Assembly: GCA_951406725.2 (NCBI GenBank)
Contig: OX597836.1
Location: forward strand, 36,642,001-36,706,000
Reading direction: 5' to 3'
Length of the DNA stretch: 64,000 bases
Source of the DNA: Octopus vulgaris
Lineage: Eukaryota
Shown here piece after piece: positions 15,001 to 27,805 of the stretch. Position numbers and translations under genes: made by a program. The stretch's first letter is position 1. Every line of letters starts with the position of its first letter. Below the pieces are notes generated by a model. It was not told the DNA's origin, did not search any database, and saw only the letters and a program-made list of their open reading frames with translations.

Positions 15001-15475
15001 ATATATATATATATTACGAGACGATGACATTAATATAGTTATACATGATACACATCATAAAGACATGGTTTTCTAAAGCCTGAAAAGAAACATTTTCGTG
15101 GCTTTCTCAACATTCTTTCATTTGGTATTACTTAAACTATTCGACGGACTCTATAACTTGCTCAAATACATGCATACTTGCCTGTTTGTTTATATCAACA
15201 TGACTCTGCAGCAGATTTAAGTTTCATATCACAAGACAGTTTGTCTGCGCATGAAGTTTGAAGCCTTTAGGCTAAATATTTTTATGGAAGCCAATAAGGA
15301 ATAAAATCCGTTGTATTTTCTTAGTGAACAAACTTTTGGCTAACTTTTACTGTTAGCAAAGTTAACAGAAATTTATTCCGTTTTATTGCTTTCTTTAAGT
15401 CACAAAACTTAGGTCATTATGTTGATGCTTGGGTGTATGTGTGTGCCAATTTGTATAAGAGTATTTACATGTGTG

Positions 15476-15728
15476 TGGAGGCGCGTGGCGTAGTGGTTAG
15501 GGTGTCAGCATCATGATCGTAAGATTGTGGTTTCGATTCCTGGACCGGGCGACGTGTTGTGTTCTTGAGCAAAACATTTCATTTCACCTTGCTCCAGTCC
15601 ACCCAGCTCTCAAAAGTGAGTAACGCTGCGATGGACTGGCGTCCCGTCCAGCTGGGGAACACATACACCATAGAAACCGGAAAACCGGGCCCATGAGCCT
15701 GGCTAGGCTTTAAAAAGGGCGCATTTAT
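15476..15728 (+). mobile_element. tRNA-derived SINE (family D) with 15-bp target-site duplication
   Basis: Box A tggcgtagtgg, box B gtttcgattcc. TSD gtatttacatgtgtg at 15461-15475 and 15729-15743. Confidence 0.9.
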
Positions 15729-16001
15729 GTATTTACATGTGTGAGTGCGTGTGTGTGTGCATGTGTGTGTGTGTTTGTGTGTGTACGTGTGTGTTATTTG
15801 GGTAGAGTCAGTGTATTGCAACTCTCAATTTCGTCTGTGGGAACACAGGATCTTCAAGCAGGTAATGAAGCGTGTAACTCATAAGTGAAGGTCCATAATT
15901 TTTCTAAAACCCAGTGCAACAACACGCGAAATTCAATGAGGAGTCAGGCTGATTCGAGAAATATAATTATAAGTATTATTATTTTTTCTTATTAATTAAT
16001 T

Positions 16002-16170
16002 AGGAGTGACTGTGTAGTAAGTAGCTTGCTTACAAACCACATGGTTCCGGGTTCACTCCCACTGCGTGGAAACTTGGGCAAGTGTATTCTACTATAACCT
16101 CGGGCCGACCAAAGCCTTGTGAGAGGATTCGGTAGACGGAAACTGAAAGAAGCCCGTCGTATATAGATAT
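16002..16170 (+). mobile_element. SINE family A, 5' half
   Basis: Matches the family A head up to the internal (TA)n. Confidence 0.85.
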
Positions 16171-16175
16171 ATATA

Positions 16176-16365
16176 TCACCGTGACTGACCAGGTTATCAG
16201 ATGTTGCTACACATCGCCGGTCACAATGCGAAGCACATTGATTTAGCCTTCAAAGCACGCCAACCCGCTGGCAAAGCGAACAGGCCAACATAAGAAAGAG
16301 TGAGAGAAAGTTGTGGCGAAAGAGTTCAGCAGGGATCGCCACAACCACCTGCTGGGGCCGCGGGC
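16176..16365 (-). mobile_element. SINE fragment sharing the central domain of family C but with a different 3' tail
   Basis: aagagtgagagaaagttgtgg.gaaagagt.cagcagggatc matches 52172-52212; the flanking tail differs. Confidence 0.7.
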
Positions 16366-16904
16366 TCCGACATGCGCATTTTTGTGTCATTCCAGTGTTT
16401 TTGCTTTTTTTTAATATTTAGCTATTATTTGTTTGAGTAGAATTTAAACTGCATCTTGTAGTGGGAACCTAGTACGGGGCTTTCAGGGTTTTGATTAGTG
16501 TGCAACAATCTCTTGGCCTCTATTGTTCCCAGGACTACACTGACAGAGTGTAGTATTTCCTGCTTGAGTTTCCGTCAGTCCTGGTTACGGGTTAAATAGC
16601 ATGCAACCAGTCAAGACAGAGTGACTCAACATGGCGGATGTGAGCTATTTTGTGTCAAGGGTGATCGGACGAAAGGGCAACAACCTGTCAACGGACAGGA
16701 CCAACCAGTTCAGTTAGCGAACTACAACTATCATCTGTCTTCATGACATGCACTGTTGAGGTATTTCAATTACCTTCATTCACACCTCATTGCTCGACCT
16801 GGCGTGGAAAGGCTAAATTGGTCCGGGCAAGTCACCTAACCAAGTTGGCTTGATAGGCTGCTTTGAATTTTATTTTAAAATTGTATCAATGACATTTGCC
16901 TATT

Positions 16905-17005
16905 ATTTGAGCGACATTAAGTGACATGTGACCGCATTTGAGTGGCATGTGACCGCATTTAAGTGGGATTTGAATGGCATTTGAGCGGCACGTGAGCGGC
17001 ATTTT
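16905..17005. repeat. Degenerate ~11/22-bp minisatellite (gagtggcatgt/gaccgcattt)
   Basis: Repeated units visible directly. Confidence 0.7.
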
Positions 17006-17854
17006 ACACTTTAGTACGACTGAAATTATATAAGTACATTTTGAGTAGGCTTTGTGTAAGATTGAATTTTGTTGTTGATTAGACGTTATTATGCATATCC
17101 ATTGAATACAACATCAATGTTGAAGTAAGGCTTAAGGATTCTTTGAATGGTAGTGAAGTGACAAATAGGCAACATTTTCATGACATTTGAGAGATGATTA
17201 AGTGTTGTTTCAATTATCTTTCACTAGTACTAATGGAAAGATACTTCGAAAGCATATCTAGTTATTCTGTGATTGCCTTTTCGGTGGCCTACACGTAGTA
17301 CTTAAATGATGTGTCAGTGGTTTTTAAGTAGAATAAGTACATTTCTCCCGTCTCCAGACGACAAGACGAGCAATCACTAATCGTTAGATTGCCATGATCA
17401 ATATAAACGTTGGACGCTTACAGAATCGTTAATACGCCGGACAAAATGTTTAACAGCATTTTTGTTCCGGTCGTTTACGTTATTTTTCTAAGAATGAACA
17501 GTTAGAGGAAATGCCTCAAATGGAATAGAGAAAGCAGTAATTTTCATTTGCAAACTGCGCCCAACTGATTTTTGGCTTGTCTTTTTTGTCGGAACAATTG
17601 GGAATGTATGTATGCTTGACCAAATCTGCCATACGGTTAAATAACAGAAGTTAAAGAATGGGACTCTACCTGGTGGTTTTGTCTGCTGAAATTATGCTAA
17701 ATTTTCTTTCAGTCACAGCGTTATGTTTTGAACAAAGAACGTGTTGGATAATGCAGGCCTCTCTACACATTATATATGTTTGTCTAATATATATATATAT
17801 ATATTAGTCCTGCTATTTGATAAATTCAATTTAGAAATTCAATATTTCTAATAT

Positions 17855-18180
17855 CGGTGACCAGTGAATAGATTTCACTGAAAATATATATATTTGCGAA
17901 GCCTTGGCAGGCATCTCAACTAGCAGGACTTACTATCCTGGACTGATGACGGGCAAGACCCAGAAACATGCATGTCTCTAGATGCAGGCCTAGCTGGTGG
18001 GGGTGCTTGCCTCCCCTTCGCAAATATAAGGACACAGGAAATGTGTCAAAGCCGACAGGAAGCCTCGATGCTCCCTAGGGCTAAATAGCGGTGATGTAAC
18101 TCCCTTTACGGGACTGTCACGTTGTGTTGACAGTATACAACCGCTCTATCGCTCCACCACTGCTCATGTCTCTCTGAGAC
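17855..18180 (+). mobile_element. Retrozyme-like structured unit flanked by a 26-bp direct repeat
   Basis: atttagaaattcaatatttctaatat at 17829-17854 and 18181-18206. The interior holds an HHR and a run of hairpins. Confidence 0.7.
17938..17981 (+). ncRNA. Type-I hammerhead ribozyme motif, intact core
   Basis: CTGGA-CTGATGA-c-GGG-caaga-CCC-a-GAAA-C-atgcat-GTC-TCTAG. Palindromic stem III ACATGCATGT; predicted cleavage after C17976. Confidence 0.88.
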
Positions 18181-18203
18181 ATTTAGAAATTCAATATTTC
18201 TAA

Positions 18204-18601
18204 TATAAGGAAAGAGATATAGATAAAGTCTTACAGCTGTTTCTGAGATATTACAGATATCCCTTCATCAGAGACGATGTGAGATTGTTAAATAGAGGTA
18301 AATATTTGAGTTCGAAATAAGGAATTATTATGGCAAGAGGGAAGATCAGGAATATAGAGGGAAATGAGAGACCGAAAGTAGAAATAAAATATACAATATT
18401 GTAGTTGAAGTTCCATTATTCTCCTTTTTCGTTCATATTTCTGGTTTCATCTTCTTATTTCCCTCCATATTCCCTTTCTCTTCCTTTTCTATAATAATTC
18501 CTTATTTCGAACTCAAATATTTACCTGTATTTAACCTTCTCACATCGTCTCTGATATCCCAGAAACGGCTGCAAGACTATATCTATATCTCTTATCTTAT
18601 A
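18204..18601. mobile_element. Inverted pair of HHR-bearing terminal repeats (Penelope-like)
   Basis: Arms at about 18204-18365 and 18455-18601 are reverse complements, e.g. aggtaaatatttgagttcgaaataaggaattattat / ataataattccttatttcgaactcaaatatttacct. Confidence 0.8.
18228..18275 (-). ncRNA. Type-I minimal hammerhead ribozyme motif, intact core
   Basis: Minus strand: GTCT-CTGATGA-a-GGGATAT-ctgta-ATATCTC-a-GAAA-C-agct-GTA-AGAC. Palindromic stem III ACAGCTGT, GUA site. Confidence 0.88.
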
Positions 18602-18651
18602 AATGTCCAGAAAACTCCTCACAGCTTTAGCTTTGTTATATCCTTTTGTCT

Positions 18652-18717
<66 letters not shown>

Positions 18718-18850
18718 TGCTAATGCAAGACTCACATAAACTCCTCACTCGTATCACTATCGAACCGAGCGTTTAACTACGGTCTATCCATAGCACTTAC
18801 TTAGCGTTACCTGCCACACTTTGGCTCTTCTAGATACCAATAACTTATGC

Positions 18851-18915
<65 letters not shown>

Positions 18916-19142
18916 AAATAAGAAAATGGAGAAATACATCTTAATCAATAATAAACTACCAGATAATACCCAATCAAATAATTTATTATAACCACTACAT
19001 ATGAACATTAAGGTCAAACATAATAATATAGAACAAAACAATGTACATCAATGAGTAATAAGATACAATAAGTACAGTATGTATAAGTGAATATAAATAA
19101 ATACAAATGGTGGGTTGCACTCACAACCCCTATCTCAATTTG

Positions 19143-19198
<56 letters not shown>

Positions 19199-19199
19199 A

Positions 19200-19400
19200 A
19201 TTTAATCCAAACACAACAACGCGAGGACGTGGAACAAATATAGTATTATTTGCCGCTCAGGAAGGAAGGGAAGAAGGAGGGTTATACATTTCTAGCGGAG
19301 CTCTTCGTCAGAAACACAGAAAAAGGAAAGATCCAGAGAAGGGAAGACGGAGGGAAAAAAATCGCCAACGGTACACACGCGGCCACATTTTGAATGACCG
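19200..19400 (-). mobile_element. Repeat family F with degenerate hammerhead (19281-19315)
   Basis: Homologous to 1495-1662. Minus strand gttt-CTGACGA-agagctccgcta-GAAA-t-GTA-taac. Confidence 0.7.
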
Positions 19401-19487
19401 TAAGGAAATGGGTGAAGAAAAGTTCTTTCAAAGACAGGAGAGTGCAAGAGGAGGTATGTGTGTGTAAGTGTGGATATGTGTGTGCGC

Positions 19488-19537
<50 letters not shown>

Positions 19538-19802
19538 TTTTCCCTCTATACCTACGTGAATTATTTTTGAGTATACAGTGTATGGGAGACTTTTCTTATA
19601 GTAGAAGATATAGCTAACATTTTTCGGCTGCTATTTCTAAAAGTTCGGTGTGTGGTAAAGTAAATTTTTTTACCTGAACCCTAATTAGATAACGTAATGT
19701 TTTAAATATACCGTAAATGGTCTTTTTACATACTGAACACTACTTGGTAAAATTAATTAATAATTAATTAATTTTACCCTTTTATTATTGACTATATACA
19801 TA

Positions 19803-20215
<413 letters not shown>

Positions 20216-20801
20216 AAAATGAAATACATACGTTTATTACACTTAGTTTGCAGCAGCCGCGCTGCAGATGCGAACATTCGATATTTTTCATGGACATTAA
20301 GTCTTTAGGACTACATTATTAAATGCTTCATTTTTTTTTTTCAAGTCGTTACTATGCACTACAAACGTTCTGCATAAGAATGGAATTAGCTGTTATCAAA
20401 AGAACCTTCTAAAAACTAAGATCCGAAATAGGCTCCATGGATTCCCGTGGTATATACGAGAATATTAACGGTTGTTAATTAGAAATTGTAGTTCCTCTAT
20501 TTTTTTTGAAGAGAAATATAATCAAGAAAAGAAGATCGATAAAGCACCAGTCTTTCATCATTGATAATTAATTAAAACAGGCCAGTAAGAATAAATGAAA
20601 ACTCCATTAAAATCTTAAATCAACAAAAAAATAACTTCGTAAGGTTCCCAATCAAACGTTATTCCAGTAAAAGAAGTAGTTAGAATTTAATAGCCATCGC
20701 TCAATCCTTCGATCTCTTGCCCTTTCTACACTTTCGTCCTCTCTCTATATACGTGTGGGAGTCGCGTGTATGTGGGGCGTGTGGGTATGTCTTTATATGC
20801 A

Positions 20802-20860
<59 letters not shown>

Positions 20861-20873
20861 CATATATATAAAT

Positions 20874-20919
<46 letters not shown>

Positions 20920-20924
20920 CATAT

Positions 20925-20969
<45 letters not shown>

Positions 20970-21171
20970 GAGAGGGAAAAGGAAAAAGTTAGTCAAAAAT
21001 TATCTAATTTTTTCCTTCTTGTACACAATGAACATAATGAACTCACTGAACGTTAAACGAATAACTTAATGCATTTAACTTTCTATATCATGCTCCACAA
21101 GAGACTTGATGGTTTGCAAATATGCTTGTATATATGCACATACAAAAACACACACACACATATACACGCAC

Positions 21172-21571
21172 GTGTGGTAAGTAGCTTGTTTCCCACCCAC
21201 ATGGTTCCGGGTTCAGTCCCACTGCGTGGCATCTTGGCCAAGTGTCTTCTACTATAGCCTCGGGTCGACCAAAGCCTTGTGAGGGGATTTGGTAGACGGA
21301 AACTGAAAGAAGCCTGTCGTATATATGTATGTTTATTTATATATATGCGTGTGTGTGTTTGCGTGTCTGTGTTTGTCCCCCTAGCATTGCTTGACAATCG
21401 ATGCTGGTGTGTTTACGTCGCCGTTACTTAGCGGTTCGGCAAAAGAAGACCGATAGAATAAGTACTGGGCTTACAAAAAGAATACGCCCCGGAGTCGAGT
21501 TGCTCGATTAAAGGCGGTGCTCCAGCATGGCCGCAGTCAAATGACTGAAACAAGTAAAAGAGTAAAAGAGA
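21172..21571 (+). mobile_element. SINE family A
   Basis: Nearly full-length match to the family. Confidence 0.9.
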
Positions 21572-21815
21572 GTATGTAGATACGCACTCATAAAATTATA
21601 CGGACTCTTGTCATTTTCAATGTATTTACTCAAAAACGGGGAATAAACAAATACATAGTGTTTCTACATATTCTCCTTCCTTTTCGATGCATTTGGTCCG
21701 GCGGTCCACAAGATTGCGTCGTTCCCCCCACCAATGAGAAGGTATGTGCAAGAAAATGACTTGTTGAAAGAAAAGCAAAGAAATGGAAATCTTGTTGATT
21801 TCTTTGGTTACTATA

Positions 21816-22098
21816 CTCTCTCTCTTTTACTCTTTTACTTGTTTCAGTCATTTGACTGCGGCCATGCTGCAGCACAGCCTTTAATCGAACAACTCGACCT
21901 CGGGACTTATTCTTTTGTAAGCCCAGTACTTATTCTATCGGTCTCTTTTGCCGAACCGCTAAGTAACGGGGACATAAACGCACCAGCATCGGTTGTCAAG
22001 CAATGCTAGGGGGACAAACACAGACACACACACGCACATATATATATATATATATATATATACGACGGGCTTCTTTCAGTTTCCGCCTACCAAATCCA
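21816..22098 (-). mobile_element. SINE family A, partial
   Basis: 3' half plus part of the body, inverted relative to the copy at 21172. Confidence 0.88.
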
Positions 22099-22117
22099 AT
22101 CGATATTTCCGAAATAT

Positions 22118-22172
<55 letters not shown>

Positions 22173-22924
22173 TTGATACATCATTCATCTGTCGTTAAAT
22201 ATTCATTTATTTATACACATACACCACGATAGTCTTCTATCATTTTCCGTCCACCAAATCCACTCACAAGTGTTTGATCACACCAAGCTTATATTGGAAA
22301 AAAGAAATGCAAAGTTAACTGTTAACGGATAGGGATATATCAACACCCTCCCGTAGCTTGTATAACGCATGTACGCTCGCTCACACAAAGATCCACGAAC
22401 ATATATCTCTACATGTACAAATACATATATGTGAGTGATTGTATGCATGTATATGAGCATGTTTATTAGTGCTTGCTTTATGTAGCATTTGACTCAAATT
22501 CATTACCACTGCATTGTGCGAAAGTGGATTTATGAGCAGGTATGCATTTGAATAGTTATTTCCGCTTTGTCAACAACTGTTCAAATTTTATTAATTTATG
22601 CTTTGCTGAGAGTTATCTTTCTTTGCTTTCACCCCACCGCTTCAAGATATATAATGCTCAAAAATCTCTTCATTTACCACGTAGTCTTACCTATAGGAGT
22701 TTGCGGAAAATTCTAGGTCAACGCCCGGTGTGCACGGTGTTTCTAAATGTCTATAAATAAATTTGCCCTCCCCCACTTTAAGAAGCATTTTCTTCTCGCC
22801 GTTACTAATTAAGTATGTATGCGTCTGCATGTGTATACATCTATGTGTTTGTGTGTATGTGTGTATGTGTGTGTGTGTGTTTGTGTGCGTATATATGTGA
22901 TTGTGTGTGTACGTATATATATAT

Positions 22925-23126
22925 ATGCGAAGTGGCGCTGAAAAGTACAAGGCTTTAAGGTAATCGCGAAACGTGTGGTTGGGGACACAACCTCCTGAGT
23001 TCTTTTACAGGGCTAAGAAAAACTGAAGTCCAACTGAAATAAGTGTGTGAATCTTAAATGGGAATATGTTGAATATGATGCATTTTATTTTACAGAAAGC
23101 CAGGAAATTTTCCAGCAAGCTCGTAT
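22925..23126. mobile_element. Mariner-type MITE
   Basis: Imperfect TIRs cgaagtggcgctgaaaagtacaaggcttt / aaagccaggaaattttccagcaagctcg, flanked by TA. Confidence 0.65.
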
Positions 23127-23148
23127 ATATAACTCTCTAAATGACTAT

Positions 23149-23174
<26 letters not shown>

Positions 23175-23179
<5 letters not shown>

Positions 23180-24235
23180 ATGCATGAAATACTAACTACT
23201 AAGGTACACAGACACAAGGACAGACACAAGGGCACTCATTCTTCATCAGTTATTAACCGTAAATACTAATGTGCAGTTTCGTGCATTTAACTATAAGACT
23301 GAGAACTTCGTATAAGTGCGACACTTCCAAGATTTCTGTAGAATTAGGACTCGACCAATCAAAATAATATAGGGTGGACGCATGAGATTAAACAAAAGTA
23401 ATTTATCGTTAAAGGCACGAAATTGCGTATTAGTATTTTCGGTCGATAACCAATTATGCATTAGGGTCCATGTATCTGTCTACGTGTACGTGTGTAGTGT
23501 TTAATGCATTTTTATTTATGGTATAACTGAACGCCACGCATCCTCACCTTCCTTAACAATAAGTTTGTATATGTTTTTGTGACTCTATTTTTCTTTGTTT
23601 TTTCTCTCTCGTCCTAATATTCCTTTTCTAGCATCGCTACTTCCTCTCTCCCGCTCTCTCGTCTTCTCACACTTCATTATATACTTTCCTCCTTCCTTCC
23701 CATGTTGTTTCTCGCTCTCTATTTCTCTCTTTCGCTGCCGTACTCTCTCTGTATATATCTCTATCTCTGCCCTACCCTCCCTCTCTCTCTCTCTCCCTCT
23801 CATCCTCCTTCCCACACATGAGCGGCGCTACCCATACGTGACCGGTGATTGATTGTCAATTTTCTGTCTTTCGGCCATCGAACGCCTAGCGTGCTCGTCA
23901 ACTCTTTCGCCCCTCTTCTCCTCACTAATTCTGTTTTCATATACATTTGAGGATTACTTCCAGGCGTTACTCCATCATTCTCCTATTTGGCCCATTTATT
24001 TATTGTCATCTATCGTTTCCAATTACTTCTGTTTAGTCTCGTACGTTCACCCTGTATTATTTTGTTCGATCGAGCCCTAATTCTACGCAAATCTTGCGGG
24101 TGCCGCCGTTACACGAAGCTCTAAGTGTTATTGTTAAATGCACGAAATTGGATATTAATATTTTCGGTCCATAACTGATGAAGAATTAGTGTCCTTTTGT
24201 CTGTGTACGTTAGTAGTATTTAATACATTATATAT
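23175..24235. repeat. Unclassified repeat present as three partial copies in inverted arrangement
   Basis: 23175-23403 is the reverse complement of about 24015-24235, and 23405-23510 repeats part of it directly. Confidence 0.75.
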
Positions 24236-24299
24236 AATTAGTGCACGTTTTGTAGGGTGCAGTTAAATACATATATGTATTTAACTGTTATTCCTTCAA

Positions 24300-25350
24300 A
24301 TGGAGGTGAGAAAGGATCATACTCGGCATATTTTACCTAATGAGTTCAATAAAGGCAACAACGCAACACAATGTGCTATGAATATTAATGTAATATATGG
24401 GAATTAGACAATAAGCGGAAGCCAGTGTCAACGGTGGTTCCAGAATTCCGAGCCGGAAAATACAGCGCAGAAGACGACCCTCCTTCTGGAAGATCTGTAG
24501 AGCTCGACGTGGACGTTTTGGAAACCCTGGTGGCACAAAATCCCATCTGAACTGTTGAGAATCTAGTAGAGAAGCTTGGGATTGGTCATTCAATCATTGA
24601 ACGACACATCCATGCTATCCGAAGAGTCAGCGAATTGTGTCAAAGCGTTCCTCAGAATCTTTTCGAGTCTAATCACGTGCAGAGAGGGAATGTGTGCTCT
24701 ACTTTGCTGTCATGTCTCACGAATGGAACAGTTTTTCGCTCCAATGGTGACTGGTGACAAGAAATGGGTTGTATATTAAATTTTGAAATATGCATGAACA
24801 TGTATATGAAATGGGTAAGGAAAGGAGAAACAACTGCATCTCAGATTAAAGAAGGTTTTCATCCATGTAAGTTCTTGCTATCTGTTTTGTGGAATATGAA
24901 CGGTTTAGTGCAATTTGAACCTATAAACCCAACCCAAGTGATAACTAGTAAAGAGATATACTGCGAAAAGCTGGTGCGGCCAAAAGTCAGCGCTAGAAAA
25001 ACAAACCCACCATTTTGTGGTTTCAAGACGGAAAGTGTTCTTCCTCAGGATAATTCTCGGCCTCATACAGCGATGAGATGAAAACCTTTTGGAAAGCTGG
25101 AGTAGTTTCAATGGGAAACGCTGCCCCACCCATCATACTCAGCGGACATTGCTGCATCTGATTATCATCTATTCGTAGTCGTTAACATCATTTGGACGGA
25201 AGAGATAAAAATTTTGTAGACGCGGTCAGAACAGATGGAAGAACATTGTAGAAAATGAAGGAGAGTATATTTTAGATTAAAAGAACTTTGCTTATCTAAA
25301 TTTTGAAAAATAAAAATAGGTTAAAAACGCATTATTTATGTGATGGCTAT
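24300..25350 (+). mobile_element. Decayed mariner element (near full-length transposase pseudogene plus 3' end)
   Basis: MEVRKDHTRHIL..EFNKG.NA start, VTGDKKW, QDNSRPHTA, HPSYSADIAASDYHLF, stop at 25278-25280. Multiple frameshifts. Confidence 0.92.
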
Positions 25351-25391
25351 ACATACATACATACCACCCCCACACACACATATATATATAT

Positions 25392-25620
25392 TCTTTCACT
25401 TGTTTCAGTCATTTAAACGCAACCATGCTGAAGCACCACCATGAAGGATTTTAGTCGGGCAAATCGGCCACAAGACTTATTTTTAAGCAGCGTGCTTATT
25501 TTACGTGGCATTAAACTCCCCAACGCTGGTTTTCAAATGGTGATGGAACAAAATGACACAAAGTCACAAACAAACACAGCAGAAACCCATGTACACACAC
25601 ACACACACATACACACACAC
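25392..25620 (-). mobile_element. SINE family A, old partial copy
   Basis: cttgtttcagtcattt...ccatgctgaagcacc tail match. Confidence 0.7.
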
Positions 25621-26616
25621 ATATATATATATTTATATAGCTAAAACTCTAGGGATGTTTGCCTATACCATAATCCTCTCAGAAATAGTGTATTTTATCT
25701 TAATTGTCTTTGCATATTTATATATATACTTACCTTCGGCAGCGCAGTACAAGTGTTTGTGGCATTTGGGCCACTATTTATTAATGAAAACGAGTAATCA
25801 CAATTTTGGGGGGAGAATTCACAAAAAAAATAATAAAAAAATAAAGACAGGTGGTGTAGAAAACAAATAGATGTATTAGTTTAACCCTCGGGAAGTGGAC
25901 AGGAAAAAACGTCTTCTGGGACGTCAACACACACACACACATGCACACATAAAGAATACACGCACATATAGTGAATGCCATGGCGGGTCAATGAACACAA
26001 ACACACGTCAGCTGTCTATGACACACACATAGCATAGTCTTCGACTTTTTGAGGTGCACAATATTTTAATCATTTAGAAATATTTTTAACTGAATATGAT
26101 TTCAAATATGTTAGTTTTTTTTATACAGTAAGTATTTATATTCTAGCTTTCTTTAAACGGGAAATATTTTAATGTTTCTTTAAACTTATTTTCAAGTAGT
26201 TAATTTCTGTGAAAAAATTTTGTTTATTTACATTTGTTTTAAAAGGAAAGATAGGGAAAGTGAAAGACGTATGTACATGTATATCAAATGCACGTGTGTG
26301 TGTGAAAGAGAGAGAGAGAGAGAGCGGAAAATAAAGAGCGAAAGATAGAGAGAAAGAGAGAGAGAGGAAGAGAATGATATAAAAGAGAGAAAGAGAGAGA
26401 GATGAAGAGAGTGAAGGAAAGAGAGAGTCAGTGAAAGGGATGTGTTGTCATGTATACGTACGTACATCAATATATATAGTTACATTTTTTGTATATAGGT
26501 GTGCATGTTTGTGTGAAAGAGACGGTGAATGAGTGAATATGTGTATGTGTAAGTGGCACACACAGACACACACACACACTCTTACTCTCTCTCTCTCATA
26601 CACACACACTCTCACT

Positions 26617-26647
<31 letters not shown>

Positions 26648-27052
26648 ACTCTCTCTCTCACACACACACACACGTACATTTCATATACATGTTCATGCAT
26701 ATTTCACTTTCTCCACTTTTTCACTTGAAAACAACAGCAAATAAACAAGAAAAAAAACAAACGGAAAGTAACAACCAAAACCAGCTGATTTGGATGGCAG
26801 CCCTGACAATTAAAGCGAAAGATCGCTTCACAGGAATAGCATTACGAAAATGTTTTTACCGGTGCATTCAACGTATCTCAGCTCCAAAGACATGGCTCCT
26901 ATTTCTAGCAGCCTAATACCACGTAACAAGTATTTGCGATTAAGGAGCCAAAATACTTGTTACGTGGTAGCAGAGCATTGAAGAAAACCATGAATCAACT
27001 CCGTTACTGGGAAACTCAGATTTCTCTGGTGACCCAACGGCGTCACAATCTA

Positions 27053-27103
<51 letters not shown>

Positions 27104-27129
27104 TATATGTATATATATATATATATGCA

Positions 27130-27170
<41 letters not shown>

Positions 27171-27305
27171 CATATATGTATATATATATATATATATATA
27201 TGCATATATGTATATATATATATATATATATATACACGCATATATATATATATATACATATATACATATATATATATACGGATATACATACAAATATATT
27301 TACAT

Positions 27306-27366
<61 letters not shown>

Positions 27367-27369
27367 TGC

Positions 27370-27560
27370 ACGGACTTTGTCAGTGAACAGGTCGCGGATT
27401 TTACCGACGAAAATATTTTGACAAATTAAACTTAAATGTTGAAGTGAATCGAACGGCTTTTGTGTGTTTCTTAAATGGCTTATAAACACCTTCCACGTTG
27501 CAATTGTTTTCGTTTGAGCACACGATCTCAGATCAAATTACTTGCTATGCGAGTACATCT
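27370..27560. mobile_element. Foldback MITE-like repeat (family E), one arm
   Basis: Matches 62595-62735 directly and 62500-62590 and 63148-63270 in reverse; embedded in (TA)n. Confidence 0.75.
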
Positions 27561-27565
27561 CCGTA

Positions 27566-27612
<47 letters not shown>

Positions 27613-27643
27613 CACGTATATATATACATATATGTATACGTAC

Positions 27644-27805
27644 ATGGGCTTCTTACAGTTTCCTTGTTCCAAATCCAATCACAATTCTTTGGCCGGTCCC
27701 AAGCTATAGTAGATGACGTTTTCTTGAGATGCCTCGCAGTGGCACTGATCCCGGAATCACGTGGTTGAGAATCAAGGTTCTTACCACACAACTACGCCTG
27801 CGCCT
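27644..27805 (-). mobile_element. SINE family A, diverged 5' half
   Basis: Head match ending ttaccacacaactacgcctgcgcc. Confidence 0.75.
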
